From a virus (taxonomy: Duplodnaviria; Caudoviricetes): a stretch of 54,164 bases of DNA. The stretch covers positions 1 to 54,164 of IMG/VR virus record IMGVR_UViG_3300022208_000005. One strand, written 5' to 3'. Shown piece by piece: positions 35,061 through 45,162 of the stretch. The translations under genes and the position numbers were made by a program. Under the pieces are notes generated by a model. It did no database searches and had not been told where the DNA came from. It was given only the letters and a program-made list of their open reading frames with translations. Every line of letters starts with the position of its first letter. Position 1 is the stretch's first letter.

Positions 35061-37328
35061 ATGTCCACTAGGTCAGTTACCTATTCTGTAAGTCCTACCA
35101 ATGTAGATCTCACGGGAATAACTAAGATGGACTCCGGTATTAAGGGAGTTGGTAAAACTGCATTAGGGGTATCTAAAGATGTAGTAAAGGGTCTTGGTGA
35201 TATTTCTAAAAAGGCAGTTCTTGTGGGTATTGCTCTATCAGGTGTAGCCCTCAAGGTATTTGGTGATTTTGAACAGAGTATGGCAGAAGTAAGAGCCACG
35301 ATGGGGAATCTTACTGATGAACAATTTAAAGTACTTACCGAAGAGGCCAAGAGGTTAGGAGCTACAACATCATTCTCAGCTAAGCAAGCTGCTGATGCCC
35401 TAAACTTCTTGGCTCTTGCTGGTTTTAATGTAGAAAAATCAGTAGCTGCCTTGCCACATATTTTGAGCTTAGCAGCTGCTGGTAGTATGGACCTAGCTTT
35501 AGCATCTGACTTGGTAACTGATAGTATGAGTGCTCTTGGTCTAGAATCTAAAGATCTAGAGGGTTTTGTAAATCAGTTAGTAAAAACAAGCCAAAGGTCT
35601 AATACAAATGTACAGCAACTTGGAGAGGGTATACTATCAGTTGGTGGATTGGCAAAAGATGTTGGCTTAGAAGTATCAGAACTAAACACTTTCCTTGGTA
35701 TACTAGCAAATAATGGTATCAAAGGAGCAGAAGGTGGGGTAAAACTTAGAAATGCTCTATTATCTCTTAGTGTTCCAACCGATAATGCCGCTAAGATCAT
35801 AAAAGACTTGGGTGTTAATGTTGTTAATGCTACTACTGGTGAATTTGAGAACATGGGTAAAGTGTTCATGGAATTTAGTCAGGCTCTAGATGGTATGGGT
35901 GGGGCTGAGAAAACCAAGATACTAAGTGAGATATTCAATAAGCAAGACTTAAAAGCTATTAATGCTTTATTAAAAGATGTTACTACTAACTTCGATATCC
36001 TTAACAAGGAAATCATAGACTCTGTTGGAGCAGCAGCATCTGCCGCTAATATCAAATTAGATACCCTACAGGGCTCATTCAAGTTATTACAGAGTGCTGG
36101 TTCTAGTTTAGCCATAACATTTGGTGAGGCTATATCTCCGGCTATAAGAGACTTAGCAGGGTTCACAACTGAGATGTTGCCAAAAGTAGAGGAATTGCTT
36201 AAGGTCATTTCTATAGGTCTTCGTATGTCAGCTTATATTGGAGATCAGGTTTTACTTGCTTTTGGGATTAAGAAGTTTAGTTTTGGTGAGGCTATAAGCA
36301 ATGGGCTGGATGGAGCTATATCCGGGCTTACTAATTTTGTAACTTTTGTATCAGATAATAAGGAAAGGATTGTATCTGATATAGTAGCTTTCAAGGATAG
36401 CTTTGTCTCCTTTGGTCTTGGTGTTAAGGAGTATTTTCAACCCGCTCTTGATGCATTATCTCCACTATTTGGTATTATCAGTAAGGAAATGGGACCACTA
36501 GGTGAACTATTCTCTGATATATTTGAGAGCATGGCAACTGATGTGCTACCTGTATTTATTGATATTATTAATCAAATAACCCAGGAAGTTCTTCCCGCAA
36601 TGATTACTTCATTTGTGAAGATAGCTTCTGTAGCTTTACCCGTAATAGTAAAAGGTTTCCAGTTTGTGTGGGGTGAGTTAGAACCCATTATACAATCTAT
36701 AATGCAGTTGGTTGGTGGGTTATTCCCCTGGTTTAAGAATACTTTCTTATTCATCAATGATATTATAACTAAGTTTTCTGTGAACCTTTACTCCATATTT
36801 AGTGGCATTATTGATTTTATTGGTGGAGCTTTCTCAGCAGATTGGGGATTAGTATGGCAGGGCATAGTTCAAATATTTAATGGTATCATGGGTAGCTTGA
36901 GTACAGTACTATTAGCACCACTGAATGCTGTTATAGCTTTATTGAATAGTACTATAGATAATGTCAATAGAATAAATATAAAGATACCAGACTTTGTTCC
37001 AGGTATTGGTGGTAAGAACTTCAATGCTAATATACCCAAGATACCATTCTTAGCGGATGGGGGTATAGTAGATAAACCAACCTTAGCTATGATTGGTGAG
37101 GGTAGAGAGAATGAAGTGGTTGCACCGCTTAGTAAATTTAATCAAATGATTAATGACAGGGCTTCCAACAAAAGTGGTGGTTCTAAGTTTGAATTTAATT
37201 TTCACATCTCAGTTGAGGGAGCTACTGGCAGTAATAGTGAACAGATAGCCCAATCACTAAAACAGCCAATAAGGAGAGAAGTAGAGAAAGTTTTCAGATC
37301 ACTTATTGGTGAGATGGGTCTTAGTTAA
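35061..37328 (+). CDS. Tape measure protein (TP901-type core)
   Basis: FEQSMAEVRAT...AKRLGATTSFSA.QAA; C-terminal LADGGIV..PTLAMIGE. Confidence 0.92.
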   Translation: MSTRSVTYSVSPTNVDLTGITKMDSGIKGVGKTALGVSKDVVKGLGDISKKAVLVGIALSGVALKVFGDFEQSMAEVRATMGNLTDEQFKVLTEEAKRLGATTSFSAKQAADALNFLALAGFNVEKSVAALPHILSLAAAGSMDLALASDLVTDSMSALGLESKDLEGFVNQLVKTSQRSNTNVQQLGEGILSVGGLAKDVGLEVSELNTFLGILANNGIKGAEGGVKLRNALLSLSVPTDNAAKIIKDLGVNVVNATTGEFENMGKVFMEFSQALDGMGGAEKTKILSEIFNKQDLKAINALLKDVTTNFDILNKEIIDSVGAAASAANIKLDTLQGSFKLLQSAGSSLAITFGEAISPAIRDLAGFTTEMLPKVEELLKVISIGLRMSAYIGDQVLLAFGIKKFSFGEAISNGLDGAISGLTNFVTFVSDNKERIVSDIVAFKDSFVSFGLGVKEYFQPALDALSPLFGIISKEMGPLGELFSDIFESMATDVLPVFIDIINQITQEVLPAMITSFVKIASVALPVIVKGFQFVWGELEPIIQSIMQLVGGLFPWFKNTFLFINDIITKFSVNLYSIFSGIIDFIGGAFSADWGLVWQGIVQIFNGIMGSLSTVLLAPLNAVIALLNSTIDNVNRINIKIPDFVPGIGGKNFNANIPKIPFLADGGIVDKPTLAMIGEGRENEVVAPLSKFNQMINDRASNKSGGSKFEFNFHISVEGATGSNSEQIAQSLKQPIRREVEKVFRSLIGEMGLS

Positions 37329-37342
37329 GGGGGAGGGTTAGG

Positions 37343-37903
37343 TTGAAGGAGAGAGCAAAATTAACAGATGGTATAACTACTGTAGAGTTCGATGTGTTAC
37401 TAAGTGAAGATGTTAGTAGAAGCTCTGTGATAACTGATAAGACAGTAGAGTCTGGTGCTAATGTTAGCGATCACATACAGACTAACCCCCTTTATGTCTC
37501 TATAACTGGTATAATGACCAAACAGGCCTTTACCAGTTATCAGAGGTTAGTTGCTTTCCATGATAGTAAAAGTCTTCTAAACTATGTTGGTAGAAATGGG
37601 GTAAGTTCAGTAGCAATAGAGACACTTGATACCAAACACCCCCGTACTAACATTGGTGGGTTTGACTTTAGTATGGTACTTAAACTTATAAGTACCACCC
37701 AAACTCAGCAAGTAGAGATTGTACCAGCAGCTAATAACAAATTAGGTTTTAGTAATAGAACTGCAGCCACCAAGAATGAAGGTACCCAACAACAGGAATC
37801 TTCTGACTTAGATAGCACTACTGAAGGAGCTCTGGTGGAAGAAGTAAAGGAATTATCACAGTTAGATAAGATAGATCAATTTTTGAAGGAGAGGGGGTAC
37901 TAA
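37343..37903 (+). CDS. Baseplate / tube-initiator (Dit-like) protein
   Basis: ITDKTVESGANVSDHI. Confidence 0.7.
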   Translation: MKERAKLTDGITTVEFDVLLSEDVSRSSVITDKTVESGANVSDHIQTNPLYVSITGIMTKQAFTSYQRLVAFHDSKSLLNYVGRNGVSSVAIETLDTKHPRTNIGGFDFSMVLKLISTTQTQQVEIVPAANNKLGFSNRTAATKNEGTQQQESSDLDSTTEGALVEEVKELSQLDKIDQFLKERGY

Positions 37904-37905
37904 CA

Positions 37906-38244
37906 GTGGCAATAAATAAGATAGATATCAAAACTGATAAGGTACCCTACCTTTTCAATATTAAACTTACTAATTTTGGTAAAGTGAAGACCTATATAAT
38001 TAAGGTTGCTTATAATGATGTTAATGACTTCTTTACCTTAGATATATCAGATGATGTGGGTATAATAATACGTGGTGTTAAGTTAGTATATGGTAACCCC
38101 GTATTTAGTAGAATAGTTAACACCCGATTACCAGATGAAGTACTTATACCACTAGACCCAAACAATATTGAAGATACCATAACTCTTGAAAATCTTAATA
38201 CCACAGTATTCTTATACTCAATAACACCAGGTACTTTTCTATGA
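37906..38244 (+). CDS. Small baseplate protein
   Basis: YN..NDFFTLDI...GVKLVYG; gene position. Confidence 0.6.
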   Translation: MAINKIDIKTDKVPYLFNIKLTNFGKVKTYIIKVAYNDVNDFFTLDISDDVGIIIRGVKLVYGNPVFSRIVNTRLPDEVLIPLDPNNIEDTITLENLNTTVFLYSITPGTFL

Positions 38245-39053
38245 GTCAGAACTTTAATAGGGTTATAGAGGTGATAGTGGGTAATAAGAAAATTTCTTCT
38301 GTGGGTATTAATAACACTAGAGGTACTTATATTGAGTTTGATGTACAAAAGACTGAGAAATCTAACTTGAACCGGGCCGAGGTACTGGTATATAATCTTG
38401 GCGTTACCACTAGGGAAGACATAGTAAAGGGTCAATCTTTAATATTAAATGCTGGCTATGAGAATGATATTGGTGCCATATTTATAGGTTCAATCCAAAG
38501 TACTTTTACTGAGAAAAGAGGTAGTGATTTCATAACTACCTTAGTTGCTTTGGATGGTAATTTTACCATAGGGCAGACTGTAAATAAGTCTTATGCCCCT
38601 GGTATCACATCAAAACAGTTAATATCTGACCTAGTAAAGCAGACTGGGTTAGAAGCTAATAGTATAGTACTAGTTAAGAATCTAGTTTATAGTAATGGTA
38701 GAACAATTTATGGTAAGCTTAAGGATGAATTAATTAAGGTAGTTAATGAGACTGGTAGTAGATTTAACATTAAGAATAACATTATAAACATAAATGTACC
38801 CGGATTTGGTAAAAGTATTGTCTACCTTTTAAGCTCATCAACTGGCCTACTTAGTACACCAAAGAAGTTAGATGATAGTTCAGAATCAAATAAGTTATAC
38901 ACATTCAAGGCCTTACTAAACCATAACCTAGATGTGGATAATATAATACAAGTACAGTCCCAAAGCATTAATGGTAATTTCAGAATATCAGGTATAACAC
39001 ACCTTGGTAGTTTAGATGGTGAGTTCATATCAGAAGTGGAGGTGAGTATATGA
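38241..39053 (+). CDS. Baseplate hub protein
   Basis: A.V.VYNL, L.AGY, IF.G, TGL..TP. Confidence 0.7.
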   Translation: MSQNFNRVIEVIVGNKKISSVGINNTRGTYIEFDVQKTEKSNLNRAEVLVYNLGVTTREDIVKGQSLILNAGYENDIGAIFIGSIQSTFTEKRGSDFITTLVALDGNFTIGQTVNKSYAPGITSKQLISDLVKQTGLEANSIVLVKNLVYSNGRTIYGKLKDELIKVVNETGSRFNIKNNIININVPGFGKSIVYLLSSSTGLLSTPKKLDDSSESNKLYTFKALLNHNLDVDNIIQVQSQSINGNFRISGITHLGSLDGEFISEVEVSI

Positions 39054-39667
39054 GTGAAGGAGCTAGATTATTCCAAGAGTTACAAGCTAAGTTTAGTGCA
39101 GAACTACATACTTTGGTATTAGCTACTGTACTTAGCTATGACTCAACTCTCTTAAAGGCTAGTGTACAACCACTAGCATCTAAGAATGGCATCTCCTACC
39201 CAGTAATAAATAATATACCACTAAGTTATATAGGTAGTGGTGATTGGATAATACATGCCCCATTGAAAATCGGAGACATAGTATGTGTATCATTAGCTGA
39301 GCATGATATAGATAATATATTGGGAGGTAGGGCTGAGACAAATGTAAATACGGATAGGTGCCATACTTTAGATGATGCTGTAATAGTAGGTGTGGTTTCA
39401 CCCTTTACTGAACCCCAATCAATGAGTAGCGATGATCTATACATTGGTACCAAAGATGGTCTTGTTAGCATAACCCTGAAGCCAGGTGGTATAATAGAAA
39501 TAGAGGCTGGAACTATAAAGCTAGGAGCAGGAGCAACTGAAGCAGTAGCTTTAGGTGATAGTCTTAAATCATGGCTAGATAACCATAAACATACTGGTAG
39601 GGATGGTGACCCACAACTCTCGTCAACCGTTAGTCCAAACCCATCTACAAAGGTGGTGGTAGAATGA
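39050..39667 (+). CDS. Baseplate central spike (gp138/GpV-like)
   Basis: ASVQP, PLK.GD.V, R.H.L.DA; C-terminal HKH metal-binding tip. Confidence 0.75.
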   Translation: MSEGARLFQELQAKFSAELHTLVLATVLSYDSTLLKASVQPLASKNGISYPVINNIPLSYIGSGDWIIHAPLKIGDIVCVSLAEHDIDNILGGRAETNVNTDRCHTLDDAVIVGVVSPFTEPQSMSSDDLYIGTKDGLVSITLKPGGIIEIEAGTIKLGAGATEAVALGDSLKSWLDNHKHTGRDGDPQLSSTVSPNPSTKVVVE

Positions 39668-40044
39668 GCCTAAAGGATTTTAAATTAGCCAATACCCTAG
39701 AGGGTGAGGATATTACCTTTAGCCCCCAGAATGATTGGGAATTAGTTAGTGAAGAGGATGAGTTAGCCCAATCATTAAGTAACCTACTGAGGATAGCTAC
39801 TTTTGAATGGTTCCTTAATACTAAATTAGGAACTCAGTGGTTTAGTGTTTTGGGCAAGTCAGTAGATAGAGAGACTATAGAGTTAGTTATTGTGGAGGCT
39901 ATCACTCAGGATATTAGGGTACAATCTGTAGAGAACATAAATATTGGTACAATTGATAGCGAACGTACTATGGCTATAACTGTTGAGGTTATAGCTAAAC
40001 TAAGTGGGGTTAGTAAAACAATATCAGTAGAGGTGGTGGTATAA
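39664..40044 (+). CDS. Baseplate wedge protein (GP46/gp25-like)
   Basis: LAQSL...L....EWFLN..LG..W; D.RV..V. Confidence 0.7.
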   Translation: MSLKDFKLANTLEGEDITFSPQNDWELVSEEDELAQSLSNLLRIATFEWFLNTKLGTQWFSVLGKSVDRETIELVIVEAITQDIRVQSVENINIGTIDSERTMAITVEVIAKLSGVSKTISVEVVV

Positions 40045-41189
40045 TGTCATTTGGTATAGATGTTAGTGGTTTTAACCGTAAGACTTTTAATGATCTAATA
40101 GTAGAAGCAGAGAATAGAGCTAAGTCCTTGTATGGTCCTGACATACAGCTTAGTGAAAACTCCTTCTTTGGTCTATTACTACAGCTGTATATCTTCTTTC
40201 AGGATGAATCTTGGCAACTGGCTGAACAAGTATATAACGGGGCCTATGTAGACACGGCCACAGGTGTTCAATTGGATGCAGCTGTTAAATATGCTCAGAT
40301 CACAAGAAACCAAGCTACAAAAGCTGTGGGTGTTGAGACCTTCAATGGGGTAGATGGTACTTTCATACCAGTTGGAACTCTAATAGCTTCGGGAGATATA
40401 CAATTTGAGACCTTGGCCGACATTACTATTGTGGGTGGAACCACTGATGTTAGTATTAGAGCTATTGATCTTGGTTCTGGGGGTAATGTAACTTCTAATA
40501 CCATAATAACCCTAGTTAATCCAATAGCTGGGGTTACTTCTATAACTAATGCCAATCCAACCATAGATGGCCAAGATGAGGAGACAGACCCTCAGCTTCG
40601 TAGCAGATATTATCAAACTTTACAGATATCTGGTAAATCTACTGTAGATGCCATAAGGTCAGATATATTAAGTGTGTCTGGTGTAAGAGCTGTTACACTA
40701 ATAGAGAATGATACCGATGCTATAGTTGGTAGTATACCACCCCACCACTTTGAGTCCATAATAGATGGTGGTTCAGACACGGCTGTAGCAGAGGCTATCC
40801 TGAGTTCTAAGGCATTTGGTATAGGAACTTATGGGACAATTAGTGTTATAGTACAAGACTCTGCTGGTGTATATAGAACCATAAACTTCAGTAGGCCTGT
40901 AATAGTAGACATATGGGTTAATGTAGATATAACCAAAGATTTAAACTACCCTGTTGATGGAGATACACAGATTCAAACACTTATAGTAGACTTTATAAAT
41001 GCTTTAATTATAGGGTCTAGTGTAATAGTGTCTAAGCTATCATCCGAGACCTTTAAGGTTGCTGGGGTTATAGACTCACATGTTGAGGTTAGTATTGATG
41101 GTATAATCTTTAATACCAATAATATTATCATAGGCTCTGGTGAAAAGGCCCAAACCAATAGTATCAAGGTGGTGGTAGTAAGTGTCTAA
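40044..41189 (+). CDS. Baseplate J-like protein
   Basis: TATG.QLD, G.DEETD.QLR.R, V.GV..V..IEN. Confidence 0.88.
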   Translation: MSFGIDVSGFNRKTFNDLIVEAENRAKSLYGPDIQLSENSFFGLLLQLYIFFQDESWQLAEQVYNGAYVDTATGVQLDAAVKYAQITRNQATKAVGVETFNGVDGTFIPVGTLIASGDIQFETLADITIVGGTTDVSIRAIDLGSGGNVTSNTIITLVNPIAGVTSITNANPTIDGQDEETDPQLRSRYYQTLQISGKSTVDAIRSDILSVSGVRAVTLIENDTDAIVGSIPPHHFESIIDGGSDTAVAEAILSSKAFGIGTYGTISVIVQDSAGVYRTINFSRPVIVDIWVNVDITKDLNYPVDGDTQIQTLIVDFINALIIGSSVIVSKLSSETFKVAGVIDSHVEVSIDGIIFNTNNIIIGSGEKAQTNSIKVVVVSV

Positions 41190-41760
41190 CATAACTGAAG
41201 CTAAGGATAGATTACCATCATTTCTAAACCTAGAGGATACTAGTAATATTAGTAAGATGATAGAACTAATGTTTACAGAGCTGGACAATTTAGAATTACT
41301 ATATCAAGAGATTGTGGATAATTTTGATATAGACAAGGCTACACTTAATGGGTTAGACAAAATAGGGGCTAATCTGAATTTAGTTAGGAATGGCTTAACT
41401 GATACTGACTATAGAAATGCCCTTAAAGGTCAACAAGCTATAAACCAAGCTGATGGAACATTAGGAAAGATTATAGAAATACTACAAATACAATTAGGGA
41501 TTTTAGACCCAACAGACATAGAACTAACTGAGTTAGGTAATGCTAACATATTTGTGGAGGTTCCAATTGATGTAGCATTATTATCAACATTTGACTACTA
41601 TAAGTCATTGGTAGATAAAATAACTTCAGCCGGTATAGGCTCACAAGTTTCTGTGAAGGGTACATTTAGACTAGGAACTATTGATGGTGAGGTAGACCCC
41701 AACAAGGGTCTTGGCAATAACTTAGAGACAACTGGTGGAAAGTTAGGGGGTATAATATGA
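41182..41760 (+). CDS. Baseplate wedge protein (DUF2612/P2-I-like)
   Basis: DIDKA....LDKIG....L.R....D.DYR. Confidence 0.7.
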   Translation: MSNITEAKDRLPSFLNLEDTSNISKMIELMFTELDNLELLYQEIVDNFDIDKATLNGLDKIGANLNLVRNGLTDTDYRNALKGQQAINQADGTLGKIIEILQIQLGILDPTDIELTELGNANIFVEVPIDVALLSTFDYYKSLVDKITSAGIGSQVSVKGTFRLGTIDGEVDPNKGLGNNLETTGGKLGGII

Positions 41761-43466
41761 GCTTGAATGATTTAGTATTAGATAAACTAAGGTGGGATGC
41801 TCCAGGCATAGAACCTACTTCAGGTAGGAAAGATATAGGTAGGGCACCGGATGATGTAGTACCAGTAGAAGAATACAACTGGTACAGAAATCAGATGGAA
41901 TTGTTTACTACCGCAATGCTTAATGCCATGCGTGATTCATTCAGTATGGACTTACCAGCCTACTACGGGAATACAAAACTTGCTGATGATTTCCAAGATG
42001 CTAGTTTGTGGTCAAACATTGCAGGAACACAAAGCACAGACACTGTTAATGTAGTTTTAGGCAATCAAGCATTGAGAATTACGGAAAATGATGGGGTTGG
42101 AGGTTTGTTATACTCTAATAAAAATAACGCACCGTTAGACTTTACAATCTTAACAAATAGTGAAACAGCTACAGACAATGACATAATTGTAATAGACATA
42201 TTTGTATCAAATGTGGCAGCTGTAAATCTTTTGGGGTCTGGGGTTAGAGTAATATTTGACAAAAGCGTTAATAACGCAGGAACTGATTATAAATTTCATA
42301 TATTTGACAATCTAGTAACAGGAAAAAATAGGGTGTATTTAGCTAAAACAGCATGGACTACAGTAGGAAGTATAAATTGGAACGAAATAGGTTCTATGCA
42401 ATTCGGATGGGAGTCTAATGCCGGATTTTCTGGCGAATATGTCACAGCTCAACTAATCCAACTAGTAAAGAAAGACCCTGTACTTGACATTCCGAATCCG
42501 TTACAGCGATTTGGTGTTGTAGATTTTAATATCACGGATGGTGATTGGTTTGTAGGTATAGAGTTTGGGGAGCTTGTACTTGCCAATTTGCAAAATGTAG
42601 GGTCAGAAGCCTCTTTAATTGGGACCGAGGGGTTTAGGGATTTTACTATATACTCAAAAGTTACATCTAGGGTGGATGAAAATGCTATGAGGACAGCGCC
42701 TTCATGGGTTGTGGATGGGGCTAACTACATCCGGACATTAATAGATGGCGATACCTTGTATCTAATTACATCTGTCAGTGGTGTAGCCACAAGTATCACT
42801 GTTCCTTTAACTACGTCACTGGGAGATAGTTTTGATTTTAAGCTTGTAAAGTCTGGTACGATAGTAAGTTTGACCACTGTGAAAAATGGGGATATTAACA
42901 ACCCCATAACCTTATTGGGTTCGTTTACTAATGACTCTATAGGGTATCTTGGAGTGACAACAACCACCTATGGCCAAGGGAAAGTAGAAGCTCTATCAAT
43001 CACCGAAATAACCCACGCGCACCACGCTGACATTGCTGAGGTTGCTAAGAGTTTGGTGGAACAAGCTAGAGTGGAAGTTAAAAAAACAGCAACGCAGTCG
43101 ATACCACATAATACGCCTACCGTTTTGGTTTGGGTTGATAATGACAACGATAATCGTGCACATTTTAATCCTGATTTTCCTACCAGATTATATGCTAGAG
43201 AAACCGGTCTCTATCTTCTGGAGTCTCCTGTTGAGTGGATATCAAATCCCACAGGCAGGAGGTACAGTGTATTCGATAAAAATGGAGTTATAGTTTTACC
43301 ACCATCAAATCATCAAGCTGTTTCTACCGGAAATACAGGATATTCACACTCCAGAACCTTATCTTTATCCGCTGGTGATTATGTAGAGGTTACTGTTTTT
43401 CAAGATTCAGGGGTTGCAATCAACGTTGCCGATGTGTGCTTTTTTGCCATGACAAAGATAGGGTAG
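41757..43466 (+). CDS. Tail fibre / receptor-binding protein
   Basis: Follows the baseplate genes; beta-rich 569 aa with a C-terminal jelly-roll-like segment (TGLYLL...LSAGDYVEV). Confidence 0.75.
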   Translation: MSLNDLVLDKLRWDAPGIEPTSGRKDIGRAPDDVVPVEEYNWYRNQMELFTTAMLNAMRDSFSMDLPAYYGNTKLADDFQDASLWSNIAGTQSTDTVNVVLGNQALRITENDGVGGLLYSNKNNAPLDFTILTNSETATDNDIIVIDIFVSNVAAVNLLGSGVRVIFDKSVNNAGTDYKFHIFDNLVTGKNRVYLAKTAWTTVGSINWNEIGSMQFGWESNAGFSGEYVTAQLIQLVKKDPVLDIPNPLQRFGVVDFNITDGDWFVGIEFGELVLANLQNVGSEASLIGTEGFRDFTIYSKVTSRVDENAMRTAPSWVVDGANYIRTLIDGDTLYLITSVSGVATSITVPLTTSLGDSFDFKLVKSGTIVSLTTVKNGDINNPITLLGSFTNDSIGYLGVTTTTYGQGKVEALSITEITHAHHADIAEVAKSLVEQARVEVKKTATQSIPHNTPTVLVWVDNDNDNRAHFNPDFPTRLYARETGLYLLESPVEWISNPTGRRYSVFDKNGVIVLPPSNHQAVSTGNTGYSHSRTLSLSAGDYVEVTVFQDSGVAINVADVCFFAMTKIG

Positions 43467-43476
43467 GGGGTGTATC

Positions 43477-43887
43477 ATGTTAAAACTTAATTACACGAAT
43501 GTTTGCGTAAATAAATTCCATCAAGAACTGATTAATGCGGATATTGCACCAAATGCTGTAACGACACTACAAGATTGCTCGTGCGAGCTTCAATTTCACA
43601 ATGTATTTGAGTATCAAATCACAGATGAAGAAGGAAATGTAACAGGCCAATACTACAAAGAAAGAATAACCGTCATAATCGATGAAGGGCTCGAAACCGA
43701 ACACACGGAAGAACAGTATATTGATTTTGATTATGATTCTCTGATTGAGAAAATTAAATGTGTTCTAGATTGCCATGATCCAACTCCACTACCAGTACCA
43801 CTAACAATCGAAGAACGTATAGCGCAGATGGATGCGGATATACAGATTAATTATGAGCTGAACTTAGAAGCTCTGGGGGTATGCTAA
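43477..43887 (+). CDS. Putative fibre assembly / XkdW-like protein
   Basis: Gene position; P.P.TIEERIAQ coiled-coil end. Confidence 0.5.
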   Translation: MLKLNYTNVCVNKFHQELINADIAPNAVTTLQDCSCELQFHNVFEYQITDEEGNVTGQYYKERITVIIDEGLETEHTEEQYIDFDYDSLIEKIKCVLDCHDPTPLPVPLTIEERIAQMDADIQINYELNLEALGVC

Positions 43888-44063
43888 TGAGTAAAGATAG
43901 ATTGATACGTTTTATAGTCAAGTTAAATATCGCTAGACTTACAACCTTAAGAGACACAGGACTAGGAATGCTTATAGATAGAGGAGACATATTGGAAGAG
44001 GATAAGGCAGAACTAGTAACCCTCATAGATGAAAGGATTATAATATTGGGGGGTAATGTATGA
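43881..44063 (+). CDS. Small protein after the fibre chaperone (XkdX-like position)
   Basis: Position and size. Confidence 0.4.
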   Translation: MLMSKDRLIRFIVKLNIARLTTLRDTGLGMLIDRGDILEEDKAELVTLIDERIIILGGNV

Positions 44064-44611
44064 TATTAAAAGAGAAATTATTAGGTGGGCTTATTGCCCT
44101 CCTGATACTATTAAGTTTAACTTTCCTATACTTAACAAGAGCCTTCAATGAATTGTCACTAGCTGTGATAATTATGAGTATGGGTGGTACATTTTTGGGA
44201 TTTAAGGAGATCAAGGTAATAAGGAATATAAATTTACTGGATGGTGATAGCGTGAATGAGGGTGAAAAAAATATATATAATACTAGCCTGGTCACTACAT
44301 TAACTTTATCAATGTTAATACTTATTCTAGTACTACTATTGGTATCAATTACCAACCCGCTAGAGCTATCTATAAGTCAAAATGTTAATATCCATAATTC
44401 TACACCAGTAGTAGAGACTATACTAATAGATCTTAATGATTCAACACTAGAGGAGTTAATGTCATTACCAAGTATAGGTGAGGTAACAGCTAAGAAAATT
44501 ATTAATAGTAGGCCCTTTAGTAATATAAGTGAGCTTTTAAACCTAATGGGTGAAACTAAGTATAATAATGTTAAGGGTTTAGTAACCATTGATAAGGTTG
44601 GTGATAGCTAA
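44060..44611 (+). CDS. Membrane protein with C-terminal ComEA-like helix-hairpin-helix domain
   Basis: Three hydrophobic segments, then IDLN.STLEELMSLPSIGEVTAKKIINSRPF. Confidence 0.75.
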   Translation: MILKEKLLGGLIALLILLSLTFLYLTRAFNELSLAVIIMSMGGTFLGFKEIKVIRNINLLDGDSVNEGEKNIYNTSLVTTLTLSMLILILVLLLVSITNPLELSISQNVNIHNSTPVVETILIDLNDSTLEELMSLPSIGEVTAKKIINSRPFSNISELLNLMGETKYNNVKGLVTIDKVGDS

Positions 44612-45162
44612 TGTATATATTAGGGGCCTTTAATAGCATTAACTTTAAGGATAAAATTATAGTGGTATTAGTTACATGGTTAAATTATCTACTATTTCCT
44701 ACAGATGTATTTAAGGTAGCAGCATCTTCATGGGTAATAGCTGTTATATTAGATATAGTTACCAAATATTATGCCCTTTCTATGTCTTGTAGGGATAGAC
44801 CAGTACATAGGCCAAGTAACATATTATTACTATTAATCTACAAGCTATCTAGAAACTTTTATTGTGCTTTATGGCATAGAGATATAAACTCACAAACCCT
44901 GTGGAATCAAACCTCTAAGAAGTTTTTTGAGTTTCTAGTACTTATGGTGTTATCAGGGGCAGCTTATAGGTTTCCTTATGTAAGTAAAGCTACTGAGCCC
45001 ATAGCATTGGGTGTATTCTTTTTGGCATTTATGAGAGAAGTACATAGTATCTTCGAGAACTTAAGAGATGCTGGACATGACATGTCAATGATAACACTAT
45101 TTATTGATAAGAAGAAGCAGCAGATCATAGATGAGTTGATAGGAGGAGAAGAAGATGAATAA
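44611..45162 (+). CDS. Holin (phage holin 4 / toxin-secretion type)
   Basis: ILDIVTK...INS.......KK...REVHSIFENLRDAG. Confidence 0.65.
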   Translation: MYILGAFNSINFKDKIIVVLVTWLNYLLFPTDVFKVAASSWVIAVILDIVTKYYALSMSCRDRPVHRPSNILLLLIYKLSRNFYCALWHRDINSQTLWNQTSKKFFEFLVLMVLSGAAYRFPYVSKATEPIALGVFFLAFMREVHSIFENLRDAGHDMSMITLFIDKKKQQIIDELIGGEEDE

